NCBI GenBank assembly: GCA_963728405.1
Contig: CAVSJV010000002.1
Coordinates: 96,001 to 160,000, forward strand
Origin: Methanomassiliicoccaceae archaeon
GTDB lineage: Archaea > Thermoplasmatota > Thermoplasmata > Methanomassiliicoccales > Methanomassiliicoccaceae
Length of the DNA stretch: 64,000 bases
Direction of reading: 5' to 3'
Position 1 is the stretch's first letter; every line of letters starts with the position of its first letter. This document shows, in pieces, positions 31,314-41,800 of the stretch. A program made the translations under genes and the position numbers. The notes under the pieces were generated by a model. It had not been told where the DNA came from, ran no database searches, and saw nothing but the letters and a program-made list of their open reading frames with translations.

Positions 31314-33831
31314 TATTTCTTCACCTCTTTCTTCTTTATTTCCGGCGTATAGCGCTTGAGCAGCAGGGCGTTCGTAACCACGGACACCGAGCTCATGGCC
31401 ATGGCTGCCGCGGCCACGATGGGGTTCAGCAGCACGTGGAAGAACGGGTACAGGATACCCGCGGCGATGGGTATGCCGGCCGAGTTATAGCCCAGCGCCC
31501 AGAAAAGGTTCTGCCGGATCTTCGACATGGTCCTCCTGGACAGCTGGATGGCCGCCACGACGTCGGTGAGGTCGCTTTTTATCAGCACGATGTCCCCTGT
31601 CTCCATGGCCACATCCGTGCCGCTGCCGATGGCGATCCCGACGTCCGCCTGGGCCAAAGCCGGGGCGTCATTGATGCCGTCGCCCACCATGGCGACCTTC
31701 TTGCCTTCGCCCTGCAGCCTGGCCACTTCATTCGCCTTGTTCTCTGGGAGCACTTCGGCGATATACTTGTCTATGCCGACCTGCAGGGCGATGACCCTCG
31801 CGGTCCGCTTATTGTCGCCGGTGAGCATGATCACGTCGATCCCCATCTTCTTTAGTTCGGAGATCGCCTCTTTGGATGTCTCCTTGATGACATCCGCCAC
31901 TCCGATGATACTGGCCAGATGGCCGTCCACCGACATGAGCATGGCGGTACGGCCCTCTTCCTCCAGCTTTTGAAGGGTCTGCTCCGATGAGGTCACCGAG
32001 ATCCTGTTGACCTCCATCAGCTGGCGGTTCCCCACCAGCACGAGCTTCCCGTCGACCTGGGCCCTGATCCCCTGTCCGGGGATGGCCTCAAAGCTGGAGG
32101 CGTCCGCTACCTCGATGCCGTCATGCCTGGCCCTCCTCACAATGGCCTCGGCCAGCGGGTGTTCGGAGCCTTTCTCGGCCACTGCAGCGTAGCGCAACGC
32201 GTCCTGTTCGGACATCCCCAGGGCGATGACGTTGGTGACCTCGGGCTCACCTTTGGTGATGGTGCCGGTCTTGTCCAGCACTACCGTCTGCACCTTTCCG
32301 GCGGTCTCCAGGGACTCGGCGCTCTTGAACAGTATCCCGTTCTCCGCGCCTTTGCCCGAGCCGACCATGATGGCCGTTGGCGTCGCCAGGCCGAGGGCAC
32401 AGGGGCAGGAGATGACCAGGACCGAGATGAAGATTATAAGCGAGAAGACGAAGGATTGTCCTTCGTTCACCAGCTCCCCATATGCGTAGAAGTACCACAC
32501 CAAGAAGCTGATCGAGGCCAGCAGGATAACCACGGGAACGAACCATGCCGATACGTTATCCGCCAACCTCTGGATGGGAGCTTTCGAGGCCTGGGCGTCC
32601 TCTACTAAGCTGATGATCTGGGCGAGGGCGGTGTCCTTGCCGACCTTGGTGGCCTGGACCTTAAGCACGCCGTTCTTATTGATCGAACCACCGATAGCGC
32701 TCGAACCGGCGCTCTTCTCCACCGGAATCGACTCTCCAGTGATCATGCTCTCGTCCACCGCCGAGCTGCCCTCGATCACCTGTCCGTCCGTGGCTATCTT
32801 TTCGCCGGGACGGACGACGAAGACATCGTCGACCTTGAGCAGCTCCACCGGGTACTTCGACCTCCTGCCCATCTCGAAGCACGCGGGCGGTGCGGGCCTG
32901 GAGGCCGATCAGCTCTCTGATGGCCTGTGAGGTCCGTCCCTTGGCCTTGGCCTCAAGATACTTACCGAACAGGATGAGCGAGATGATCATGGCCGAGGTG
33001 TCGAAGTAGACGTTGAGAGTAAAATGGAATGAGCCCGGGCAGGAATACCACGACGACCGAATAGACGTAGGCCGTGGTAGAGCCCATGGCGATGAGGGTG
33101 TCCATATTGGCCCGTCTATTCTTTAGGGCGTAGTACGTGCCGATGTAGAACTGGTAACCAGCGATGAACTGCACTGGGGTGGCTAGGGCGAAGAGCAGGT
33201 AGCCTTCGTAGCCCACGATGCCCAACGTGTCGGCGAGACCGAAGAAGTCGAAGCTGATCATCAGCAGCATGATCGGAACGCTGAGCGAGAGGGAGAATAT
33301 CAGGAGGTATAACTGCCTCCGCTGTTCCTTCTCCCTTTCGGCCATCTCCGTATCCAGGGTCTCGGCCTCGATGACCTCGTAGCCGGAATCGGCTATCGCC
33401 GCCTTCAGGACCGGGACGGTCACCTGTTCCGGATTGTAGCGGATGAATACCTTCTCGGTCGCCAAGTTCACGTTGGCCGAGTAGACACCATCAAGGGCCA
33501 ACAGCGTCTCCTCGATGATCTGCACACAGGAGGCACAGGTCATGCCCTTTACGCCGATCGAGATCTGGTCGACCGCTATATCGTATCCGGCGTCCTTCAC
33601 CGCCTTCTGGATGGCATCAGGAGACACCTTCGTAGGGTCGTAGATCACTCGGGCCTTTTCCGTGGCCAGGTTGACCGAGGCCTGCTCCACTCCTGGCAGT
33701 TCCCCTATGGCCCCCTCGATGATCCCGGCGCAGGAAGCGCAGGTCATACCGGTAACTCCGAACGTTGCTGCTTTCCTGTCCAATGGGGGCGGTTTCAGTG
33801 GGCAGGTCTCCTCACCGCAGGGCTCGGTCAT
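31313..33831 (-). CDS. copA: Copper-exporting P1B ATPase (frameshifts at ~33020 and ~32850)
   Basis: Two GMTCASC HMA domains, [34 protein letters not shown] and MAMSS motifs. Confidence 0.92.
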
Positions 33832-33990
33832 AATGTCGAATCCCCTCACCTGACACTTGTAGTTATCCCCTGAGGATGTTGACTAGTTGGAAACGTTTCT
33901 TTGATAAATGGAAGGAAATGTAATGAAACGGAGCCTTCTGCCTTCCCCTTGGAAAAAAGATATAACTACCATGCTCCCAAGGAATCCTTC

Positions 33991-34584
33991 ATGAGCCTTG
34001 ATGAGAATGATGTCAATATTCTCCACGCACTCCAAGGGAACGGTCGCCTCTCCTTCCGCCAGGTATCCGAGAAGGTAAAGATCAGCGTGCCCACCGTTAG
34101 CAACAAAGTGGGGATAATGGAAAAGCTCGGGGTGATCAAGGGTTACCGGGCGGACCTGGACCCAGAACGTCTCGGGGAGCTGAGTGCTATGGTCACTGTC
34201 AAGGCTAAGCCGGCCGAACTTTCAGCGGTGGCTGACCACTTCGATGACGATGAACAGGTCCGTCAAATGTTCTACCTGAGCAGCGGTCGCCTGCTGTTGG
34301 TTTGTACATTCGTTGGAGCGCACCAGATCAACGAGTTCGCTGCCAAGCTCGGCTCGATCCCGGAGGTCCTGGAATACGACATCGCTAACGTTATAAGTGT
34401 GGCCAAGGAGCTGGACCGGGCAGTGGTTGCTTCAGGCCTGAGCGTGGTGATGCAGTGCACCCAATGCGGGAGGGAAATGAGGGACGAACCGATCCGACTT
34501 AAGGAGAATGGGAAGGACTTCTACCTGTGCTCCCCGACCTGTATGAATGCCTTTCAGGCCCGGCCGGCCCGTTTGGGCACCTGA
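33991..34584 (+). CDS. Lrp/AsnC regulator with C-terminal TRASH domain (CopT/CopR-like)
   Basis: HTH plus CTQCG...FYLCSPTC; divergent from copA. Confidence 0.85.
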   Translation: MSLDENDVNILHALQGNGRLSFRQVSEKVKISVPTVSNKVGIMEKLGVIKGYRADLDPERLGELSAMVTVKAKPAELSAVADHFDDDEQVRQMFYLSSGRLLLVCTFVGAHQINEFAAKLGSIPEVLEYDIANVISVAKELDRAVVASGLSVVMQCTQCGREMRDEPIRLKENGKDFYLCSPTCMNAFQARPARLGT

Positions 34585-34965
34585 TCATCGTCTATGGGCG
34601 ACAACTTCGATCTCGACCCTGGCCCCCAAGGGCAGGGCGCTGACGGCCACAGTGCTGCGGGCCGGAGGGTCGTGAGCAAAGGAACGTGCATAGCTCTCGT
34701 TGACCTCTTTGAAATCGGCCATGTCAGTGACGAATATGGTGGTCTTGACCACATCCGCCATAGAGCACCCAGCAGATATTAGGACCGCTTCTAGGTTCCT
34801 GAGGGCTTGGCGGGCCTGTTCGGCCGCTCCGTTACCGACCAGCATGCCATTGGATGGATCGATGCCGATCTGGCCAGAGCAATAGATCACTTGACCATGG
34901 GCGATGGCCTGCGAATAGGGCCCCACCGGGCGGGGGGCCTTCTCGGTTTGGATGACCGCTCTCAT
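34585..34965 (-). CDS. ridA: RidA family reactive-imine deaminase
   Basis: AP..VGPYSQA, SGQIG.DP and PPARS.V.V..LP....VEIE motifs. Confidence 0.9.
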   Translation of the reverse strand: MRAVIQTEKAPRPVGPYSQAIAHGQVIYCSGQIGIDPSNGMLVGNGAAEQARQALRNLEAVLISAGCSMADVVKTTIFVTDMADFKEVNESYARSFAHDPPARSTVAVSALPLGARVEIEVVAHRR

Positions 34966-34991
34966 CCGTCCGGCATCCATGAGCTGGATAT

Positions 34992-35696
34992 TTACTCTTT
35001 TTTGATGCCAAGCAGGGCCGGCAGTTCGTCCACACTGGCTATAACGGTGGGGCAATCGCATTTCTTCCAGTCTCGCCAGTCGAACGAACCGGTCAGCACT
35101 CCGACGAACTGGGCCGAGGTCGAGCGCGCGCAGGTGAGGTCCATTGAATGATCGCCCACCATGAGACAGTTCTCCGAGGGTATCCCGAGCAATGAGGCCA
35201 CACGTTCCATGGCCTTTCCATTAGGTTTGGCCTCTTCCTCGGGGTGATCGTCCCGACATACCATGGCATCGAATCCTTGTTTCAGGCCTGCATTCCGGAG
35301 CGCTGCCAGGGCATAAGCGCGGGAGCCCCTTGTCAGCAGGCCGATCATTAGCCCATGCTCCTCTAAGATGCGAAGGCAATCGCCCGCTCCCCCGACCGGC
35401 CGGGTTTCGGAGACTTTCTCCATCTCGGTCAGGTCCATCAGCCTGCCGACCTCATCCCGGAGGTCCATCTCCTCCGCTCCCCGCCCCCGCGACGCGAGGT
35501 CCTTGATCCCCCGGTCAAGGTTGTTCACGATGGTGTCCTGAGGGTCCAATAGTGTCAGTTTAACGCCCCGTCGGGTCAGTTCCTCTAATAATCGCTGCTT
35601 CATCTTCCGGAAGTCCACCGACGTGTGGATGAGCGTACCATCGAGGTCGAAGACCACCGCTTCGATGACTCTGTCCCCGAATCTCAACGAGGTCAC
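34992..35696 (-). CDS. HAD-family hydrolase
   Basis: FDLDGTL, KP and MVGD motifs. Confidence 0.88.
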   Translation of the reverse strand: MTSLRFGDRVIEAVVFDLDGTLIHTSVDFRKMKQRLLEELTRRGVKLTLLDPQDTIVNNLDRGIKDLASRGRGAEEMDLRDEVGRLMDLTEMEKVSETRPVGGAGDCLRILEEHGLMIGLLTRGSRAYALAALRNAGLKQGFDAMVCRDDHPEEEAKPNGKAMERVASLLGIPSENCLMVGDHSMDLTCARSTSAQFVGVLTGSFDWRDWKKCDCPTVIASVDELPALLGIKKE

Positions 35697-35823
35697 TCGT
35701 GGTCCATGCTCCTTCCGCTATTTTAGGGCAACGTTCAGGCACGCTATTAACGGTATTTAATATTTCAGTGCCAGATGGTGGATTATTGGTCCGTTTTAAG
35801 GAGTTCAGTATTTAAAGTTAACT

Positions 35824-35852
35824 GGAGCATGCTCAACGACCCATTTTATATT
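35824..35852 (+). promoter_or_regulatory. Palindrome GAGCATGCTC and TATA box upstream of the repeat array
   Basis: GGAGCATGCTCAA (35824-36), then TTTATATT (35845-52). The same 13-mer occurs at 39051-63. Confidence 0.6.
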
Positions 35853-35903
35853 CACAAATCAACCCCGGAACATCAGATAATTGGGTAGGGAAAGGTGGAA
35901 AAA

Positions 35904-35930
35904 ATGTTTGGAAGCATCGGTCCGCACTAA
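35904..35930 (+). CDS. Putative micropeptide MFGSIGPH, copy 1
   Basis: AGGTGGAAAAA-ATG TTT GGA AGC ATC GGT CCG CAC TAA. Confidence 0.5.
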   Translation: MFGSIGPH

Positions 35931-36018
35931 CTGTCCAAATACACTCCCTGCGGGGAGAGAAACACTAGAAACTCGATCACAGGTTCGCGATTGAAAAAAG
36001 CTGGAAGAGGTGGAAAAA

Positions 36019-36045
36019 ATGTTTGGAAGCATCGGTCCGCACTAA
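36019..36045 (+). CDS. Putative micropeptide MFGSIGPH, copy 2
   Basis: GAGGTG SD 6 nt before ATG; identical ORF. Confidence 0.5.
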   Translation: MFGSIGPH

Positions 36046-36132
36046 CGTCCAAATACACTCCCTGCGGGGAGAGAAACACTAGAAACTCGATCACAGGTTC
36101 GCGATTGAAAAAAGCTGGAAGAGGTGGAAAAA

Positions 36133-36159
36133 ATGTTTGGAAGCATCGGTCCGCACTAA
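36133..36159 (+). CDS. Putative micropeptide MFGSIGPH, copy 3
   Basis: GAGGTG SD 6 nt before ATG; identical ORF. Confidence 0.5.
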   Translation: MFGSIGPH

Positions 36160-36246
36160 CGTCCAAATACACTCCCTGCGGGGAGAGAAACACTAGAAAC
36201 TCGATCACAGGTTCGCGATTGAAAAAAGCTGGAAGAGGTGGAAAAA

Positions 36247-36273
36247 ATGTTTGGAAGCATCGGTCCGCACTAA
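36247..36273 (+). CDS. Putative micropeptide MFGSIGPH, copy 4
   Basis: GAGGTG SD 6 nt before ATG; identical ORF. Confidence 0.5.
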   Translation: MFGSIGPH

Positions 36274-36312
36274 CGTCCAAATACACTCCCTGCGGGGAGT
36301 ATTCCTCCTGAT

Positions 36313-39007
36313 TTATATTCCAATTTTTGCTATCGTTTCTTCGACCTTCGCTTTTAGCATGGTGGCGGAACCATCGGTCGAGATCTGTAGGGCTTCATTC
36401 AAGAGGTTGGATGCGCCCTCGAAGTCCCCGCTCTTCAGGTACTCCTGGGCAACTTCATAGAGCATCATCCCTAGGGCCAATGGCACATTGATCTTCCGAA
36501 TGCCTTCTATGGCGGTTCTGAACTCCTCCTTGGCCCATTCCCACTCCATCTTCCGGTTGTAGATGCCTCCCTTGATCATGTGAAGGTCGGCAAGATTGAA
36601 TTGGTTGTTCAACTTCTCGAAGATCTTGAATGCAGAATTAAGGTATTCTTCCGCCTGGTTAAGCTCATCGAGCTCCAACATGGCGTTAGATGCATTGCGG
36701 AATGCATAGGCCTGTAACTCCAGATTACCGGAGGTTCGCCCCATCTCAATGGCCCTTTCCTGGTACCTAACGGCCTCGGAAAACTTGTTGATATCCGCAA
36801 AGCTCCCACCCAATCCTATGAGCACTCTGGCGATATCATCGACGTCGCCGGTCCGTTCGATAATGCTCAGGGCTTCCTTCTTGTACAGGATGGCCTGAGC
36901 ATGATCCATCTGTGCCGAATGGACCAATCCTATGCCATAGAGCGCTTTTCCTAGACCGTTATCGTCGAGGTTGGCCTGTGCCAGCCCCTTGGACTTCTGG
37001 AAGAAATCGATCGCTTCCAGGTAGCGTCCCCGGCTTCTCAACACCCCGCCCATGTCATAATAGGTCTCCACAAGAGCATGGGGGTCAGTGATGCCCTCGG
37101 CCAATCGAAGGCTTCGGGCCAGATACTCTTCGGCCTTTTCATAGTTCGACCAGCGGATATGAACGACGCCGATCCGCCTGTTGACCTCGGCCAGCACCCT
37201 GCGGTCCTTCTCCGGATGGGCCAGTGCAGAAACCTCCTCGAACCGAGCTATGGCCGATCGCCACTCGCCTCGGACCTCCAGGATATATCCTTCTAATAAA
37301 AGCAGTTCGATCTTCTCGCTGCGGTCGATATTGTCACATTGGCCTCTCAGGGAAGCGAGCAGTGGGGCGAACGGTAGGCCATATCCCTTGGAGATGATCT
37401 CCCGTCCCTTGCTAGCGGCTATCCTCACTGCCATGCTAAATTCCCTGGCCATGAGACAATGGTACATCGCCTCCACATTGGCAGGGGCCGATGTGTCGGT
37501 GAGATAGTATCGAGATGCTGCCTTATGATAGCTTATCCTCTGTCGGGGAGTGAGGCGGGAATAGAAGAAGTCCCTCAGGAGATCGATGCATGCCGATCAT
37601 GCGGCCGATCGACTCGACCATCAGGGATTTGGCCAGTAGGGTGTCGAGGGTGTCATAGTCTACGAGGTAGTCCTTGTAGTCCATTTCCTTCCGAACCATT
37701 CCGTATTCCTTGGCGATCTCCTCCTCCATGGTGTAGAATGCGTCCACCATCACCGGATAGCGGAATATGGAGGCGATCTCCAAGATGCGTCGTTCCGTGA
37801 CATCAAGCTTGGCGTACACCTCCTGCTCGATGAACATACGGATGTTCTTGCCCAGCGCGCTGCGGGGGTTGTCCACAAGCTCCAGGAATAGAGGGTGGCC
37901 CCGGGTCGCCTTGTAGATGTCCAAAAGGTCCGGCTCCGGTAGCTCCCGGCCACGCATCAATTTGAGGCTGCTTTCGAGGTCCAGACCATCCAGCATCATC
38001 TCTGATACCAGCCCATTGAACACTGCGCTGCGGGAATAGAATGAAGGGATCTCTCGGCTAGTGCAAAGGACGGACACATGCTCGAGCGATTCGAGGACAC
38101 CTGCCAGCGCCGTAAGGAAGTCCTGTACCGACTGATCGGCCTTCTGGACATCATCGATAATGAAGACCGTCGGCAGGTCCTTGAGCTCCGTCTCCAGTAT
38201 GGAGGTGACCTCCCCCACCATGGGCGTATCGGTCCTGGAAATGTACCGTTCTAGTCCCTTCCTTCCCAGCTGGGACAGGAACTCGGCGATGGGGGTCAGG
38301 AGGATCTCTAGGTTTACCCATTCATGGACCCGATACCAGTATACGTTCCTCTGCTCCCGGACATCCTGTACGAACTTGGCAAGTAAGGTGGTCTTTCCGA
38401 TGCCAGGGATACCACAGATCACCAGCAACCGGGCAGTGTCCGAATCGAGGAACGACGCCAGCTTTTGTAGTTCATGCTGACGACCGTAGAATGTTCTGAC
38501 CGTGGGCTTTCGATCAGTATAGTCAACGAACCTCCTTTCCTCCTTGGCCTTCCCCTCATGAAACGAAGAGCAGTCGAAATGGCCTCTGGAGACGCCTAGC
38601 GCGAGGTCCAAGAAGGCGTAGCGTTTTGGCAGGAAGAGGCTCAGCTTACCCATCTCCTCCTCGTGACTCTTCCCGTCAAAATCGATGATGACTATCTTGG
38701 TACGCTCCAGATCAGCCTTGAGTTCTAGGGAAGTCTGGTACCCCTTTGGGGTTAAGAAATACACCTTTTTTACGCTGGCGAACCCTTTCACATGCTTGGT
38801 GTGAACCTCGATTATGCCATCGGAAGCCAGCGCATTGACCACCTTGGACACGTTATTCCTGCCCACCTCCACCGCATCGGCGATACCCTCCTGAGTGATC
38901 GATGCAGGAGCGTCGGAGTCCTGCAGGTATCTTTGATATGCCAGTAGGTGCAAGAGCACCCTCTCACGGACAGTGAGCAAAGATTTCTTGGAGGACCGGT
39001 TCAACAC
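36313..39007 (-). CDS. HTH-STAND (NB-ARC-like) ATPase-TPR regulator (frameshift at ~37585)
   Basis: N-terminal HTH (TQEGIADAVEVGRNNVS), FYGR, Walker A GIPGIGKT, Walker B FIIDD and GHPL. Removing one base restores an MHDLL motif and joins the C-terminal TPR array. Confidence 0.82.
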
Positions 39008-39050
39008 GACTGGAAGCGGTTGTTAGACAAAATAATTTTCTAGACTAAAA

Positions 39051-39077
39051 GGAGCATGCTCAAAACGGTATTATATA
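39051..39077 (+). promoter_or_regulatory. Palindrome GAGCATGCTC and TATA box of the DUF835 gene
   Basis: GGAGCATGCTCAA (39051-63), then ATTATATA (39070-77), in the intergenic region divergent from the STAND gene. Confidence 0.6.
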
Positions 39078-39118
39078 CGCAAAATCCGACCCCTATCTGC
39101 GAAATAAGGTGATCTAAG

Positions 39119-39671
39119 ATGAAGAGCGATTCAAGAATATCATTGCTCATCGAAGGATACCCCCGGACCGGTTACCAGACCTATTCCCGGATCGTTGGTC
39201 GGTCGACTAGGGGGCTATGCATCTCCCGTCTGCACCCTGATTATGTAGCCAAGAAGTACGGTCTGGAGATGTCCAAGAGGTACTGGCTGAGCGGCCAGAA
39301 GGGTGAAGAGGTCATCGCACCGAAATCACTTCACCAGCTCATCAAGGTCGTCCGCTCCGAACTTAGGGGACGTGCCGGCGGTTCGATCTTCATGGACGGT
39401 CTTGAGTATCTGCTGTTGTTCAATGACCTAGGTAAAGTGATGGCCGCCATGGACGAGCTTGATGTCCTGCTCAAGGCCGCCAATGTTGAACTCATCGTCT
39501 CCGTGGACCCCCTGACCTTCGAGCAGAAGGACAGTTGAGAAGCTTTGGGGTTCATTCCCCCGGTACACCACCGAGGAAATGTTGATGAAGCACCCTATAG
39601 AACAATCTCAGCATATCTCCGAAGACGAGCCAATGAGCGCTGGTCAAGGGATTGCGGGTCTAAGGGTATAA
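39119..39671 (+). CDS. DUF835 protein (frameshift at ~39533 near the C-terminus)
   Basis: GLCISRLHP, YWLS, IFMDGLEYLLLFND and VDP motifs. Confidence 0.8.
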
Positions 39672-40155
39672 GAAGGATGGCCCCCGAGGCCATTACTAGG
39701 TCGTTGATCTGCTCCACGAACATCTGGACCCTGTTGAAATCGTTGAACAGGCACAAGTACTCGATGCCGTCGAGCAGTATCACCGCGTTCTTTTTTCCTA
39801 TCAGGAAACCGTCGATGCGATTGATGACCCTGTGGAGTTGGTCCGGCGGGATGTTGTTAGCACCATTGCGCTCGCTCAACCAGATGGACTCGAGCGACTG
39901 GTCGGGCATCCTCTCGTGTAATAGGTCTGGATGCATTCGGGAAACGCACATGGTGCTTGAGCCAGAATAGATGAGGTCTTGGAGGATCTTAAGGGTCTTG
40001 TCCATCCGTTTTTCGCAAATGAGATAGACCCTACCGTAGTCGAACAGGAGCGTATCCTCCCCCGTATTGGTATTGAGGGAATGAATGCTTACGGTGTCAT
40101 CTTTCAGTGATCCAGGCACGAACAAAGGCCACACCCTATAATTCTGTCTCGACAA
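39595..40155 (-). CDS. DUF835 protein (start uncertain)
   Basis: MCVSRMHP, IWLS, VILLDGIEYL.LFNDF and LDP..L motifs. Confidence 0.8.
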   Translation of the reverse strand: MSRQNYRVWPLFVPGSLKDDTVSIHSLNTNTGEDTLLFDYGRVYLICEKRMDKTLKILQDLIYSGSSTMCVSRMHPDLLHERMPDQSLESIWLSERNGANNIPPDQLHRVINRIDGFLIGKKNAVILLDGIEYLCLFNDFNRVQMFVEQINDLVMASGAILLIPLDPQSLDQRSLARLRRYAEIVL

Positions 40156-40412
40156 ATTATATGCCGTCTAGATTGTGGTATGAATATTAATAACCGACTG
40201 CGGACCTCAAATATTGACCTGCTCAGTGCCACCTGGCCCTATCCAGGCTACCGCCATCCTGCAGGATGCGGTGACCGATGTGTATCGCTTCCAGGCAACC
40301 GTTCTTATGTGCCTGTACCCGCTTCTTCTCCCCCCATGCACGATGATGGTGACTATAAGTTAGGCGATAACGCCGCGGTTCTAAAGAAAATATGGAGGAA
40401 GGGGTTTGTAGC

Positions 40413-41738
40413 TCAGTTGCCGTTTCCGCCTTTCAGCTCGCCGTGGATGTACTTCCCGTAGCCGACCATATCAAGCAGGCCGTGGCCGGATAGATTGAAG
40501 ACGATGATCTTCTCCTCGTTCTTCTTCTTGGCCTCCAGGGCCTTATCGATGGCCGCCTTGATGGCGTGCGAGCTCTCCGGGGCGGGGATGATGCCCTCGG
40601 TCTTAGCGAACGTTATGGCTGCCTCGAACGTTTCCACCTGATCATAGGCCATAGGTGTGACGTAATTCAGTTTGGTTACCAACGAGACGGTGGGGGCCAT
40701 GCCGTGGTAGCGCAGTCCACCGGCGTGGATCGGCGAGGGCATGAATTCGTGGCCGAGGGTGTACATCTTGAACAGCGGGGTCATGCCGGCAGTGTCGCCG
40801 AAGTCGTAACGGTACTCCCCAGCTGTTAGTGACGGGACAGATGTCGGTTCGACCGCGATGAATTCGGTGTCGATCTGGCCCTTGATCTTCTTCTCGAGCA
40901 TGGGGAAGCTGAATCCCGCGAAGTTGCTGCCCCCACCTACGCAACCGATCATGTAATCCGGCACGATGTCAAGATAGTCCAGCTGCTGTATGACCTCCTG
41001 ACCGATGACGGTCTGGTGGAGCATGACATGGTTCGCCACGCTGCCTAGTGCATATTTGGTGTTATTCTGATTCACGCAGGTCTCGATCGCCTCGGAAATG
41101 GCTATTCCAAGAGATCCGGGGTGGTTGGGGTCCTTTTCCAGTAGCTGCCGGCCAAAGGAGGTCTCCTTGCTCGGGGACGCGTAAACCTGGCCGCCATAGG
41201 TTTCCATTATTAGCCGGCGGAAGGGCTTCTGGTCGAAAGAAACACGGACCATGAACACTTTGCAGTCCATATCAAAGTGCGCGCAGGACAGTGCCAGGGC
41301 GGTACCCCATTGCCCCGCCCCAGTCTCGGTTGTAAGGTGCTCCACTCCTTCTTTCATGTTATAATAGACCTGAGCTATGGCCGTGTTAGGCTTATGAGAA
41401 CCGCCTGGGCTGAGGTCTTCCCGCTTGAAGTAGATCTTAGCAGGGGTCTTCAGGAACGCCTCCAGCCTCCTGGCCCTTTGCAGGGGAGAGGGGCGTCCGA
41501 GCATCACGTAGGCATCGCGGACCTCTTCCGGGATGTCGATGTACCGTTCGCTGGCCATCTCCTGGGCGATGATGGCCTTGGGGAAGATAGCCTCCAGTTC
41601 TTGAGGTGTGGATGGCTGCATGGTCCTTGGATTGAGGGGTGGGGGGACCGGTTCAGGGAGATCAGCGGCTATATTGTACCACTTGGTGGGGATGTCGTCC
41701 ACCGTGAGCATGACCTTGTCGTCCTTGTGAATGGACAT
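40413..41738 (-). CDS. trpB: TrpB2-type tryptophan synthase beta chain
   Basis: [31 protein letters not shown] and [10 protein letters not shown] motifs. Confidence 0.93.
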   Translation of the reverse strand: MSIHKDDKVMLTVDDIPTKWYNIAADLPEPVPPPLNPRTMQPSTPQELEAIFPKAIIAQEMASERYIDIPEEVRDAYVMLGRPSPLQRARRLEAFLKTPAKIYFKREDLSPGGSHKPNTAIAQVYYNMKEGVEHLTTETGAGQWGTALALSCAHFDMDCKVFMVRVSFDQKPFRRLIMETYGGQVYASPSKETSFGRQLLEKDPNHPGSLGIAISEAIETCVNQNNTKYALGSVANHVMLHQTVIGQEVIQQLDYLDIVPDYMIGCVGGGSNFAGFSFPMLEKKIKGQIDTEFIAVEPTSVPSLTAGEYRYDFGDTAGMTPLFKMYTLGHEFMPSPIHAGGLRYHGMAPTVSLVTKLNYVTPMAYDQVETFEAAITFAKTEGIIPAPESSHAIKAAIDKALEAKKKNEEKIIVFNLSGHGLLDMVGYGKYIHGELKGGNGN

Positions 41739-41800
41739 ACAGGGCCAATAATACTGAGAAATATATAACACTATTGTGTAATGATGTACATATAGTTACA

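Larger units (their letters stand above)
35893..36299 (+). repeat. 114-bp tandem repeat (~3.6 copies), each unit carrying an RBS, an 8-codon ORF and hairpins
   Basis: Units are identical apart from an extra T at 35932. ATGs at 35904, 36019, 36133 and 36247. Confidence 0.95.

Noticed and set aside
35893-36299. CRISPR array
   Set aside because: The intervening segments are identical, so there are no unique spacers. The 114-bp unit is too long, and no cas genes are present.
35927-36311. 119-aa and 106-aa repeat ORFs in the ORF track
   Set aside because: They arise because the period is divisible by 3. They lack an RBS, whereas the 8-codon ORF has a canonical SD in every unit.
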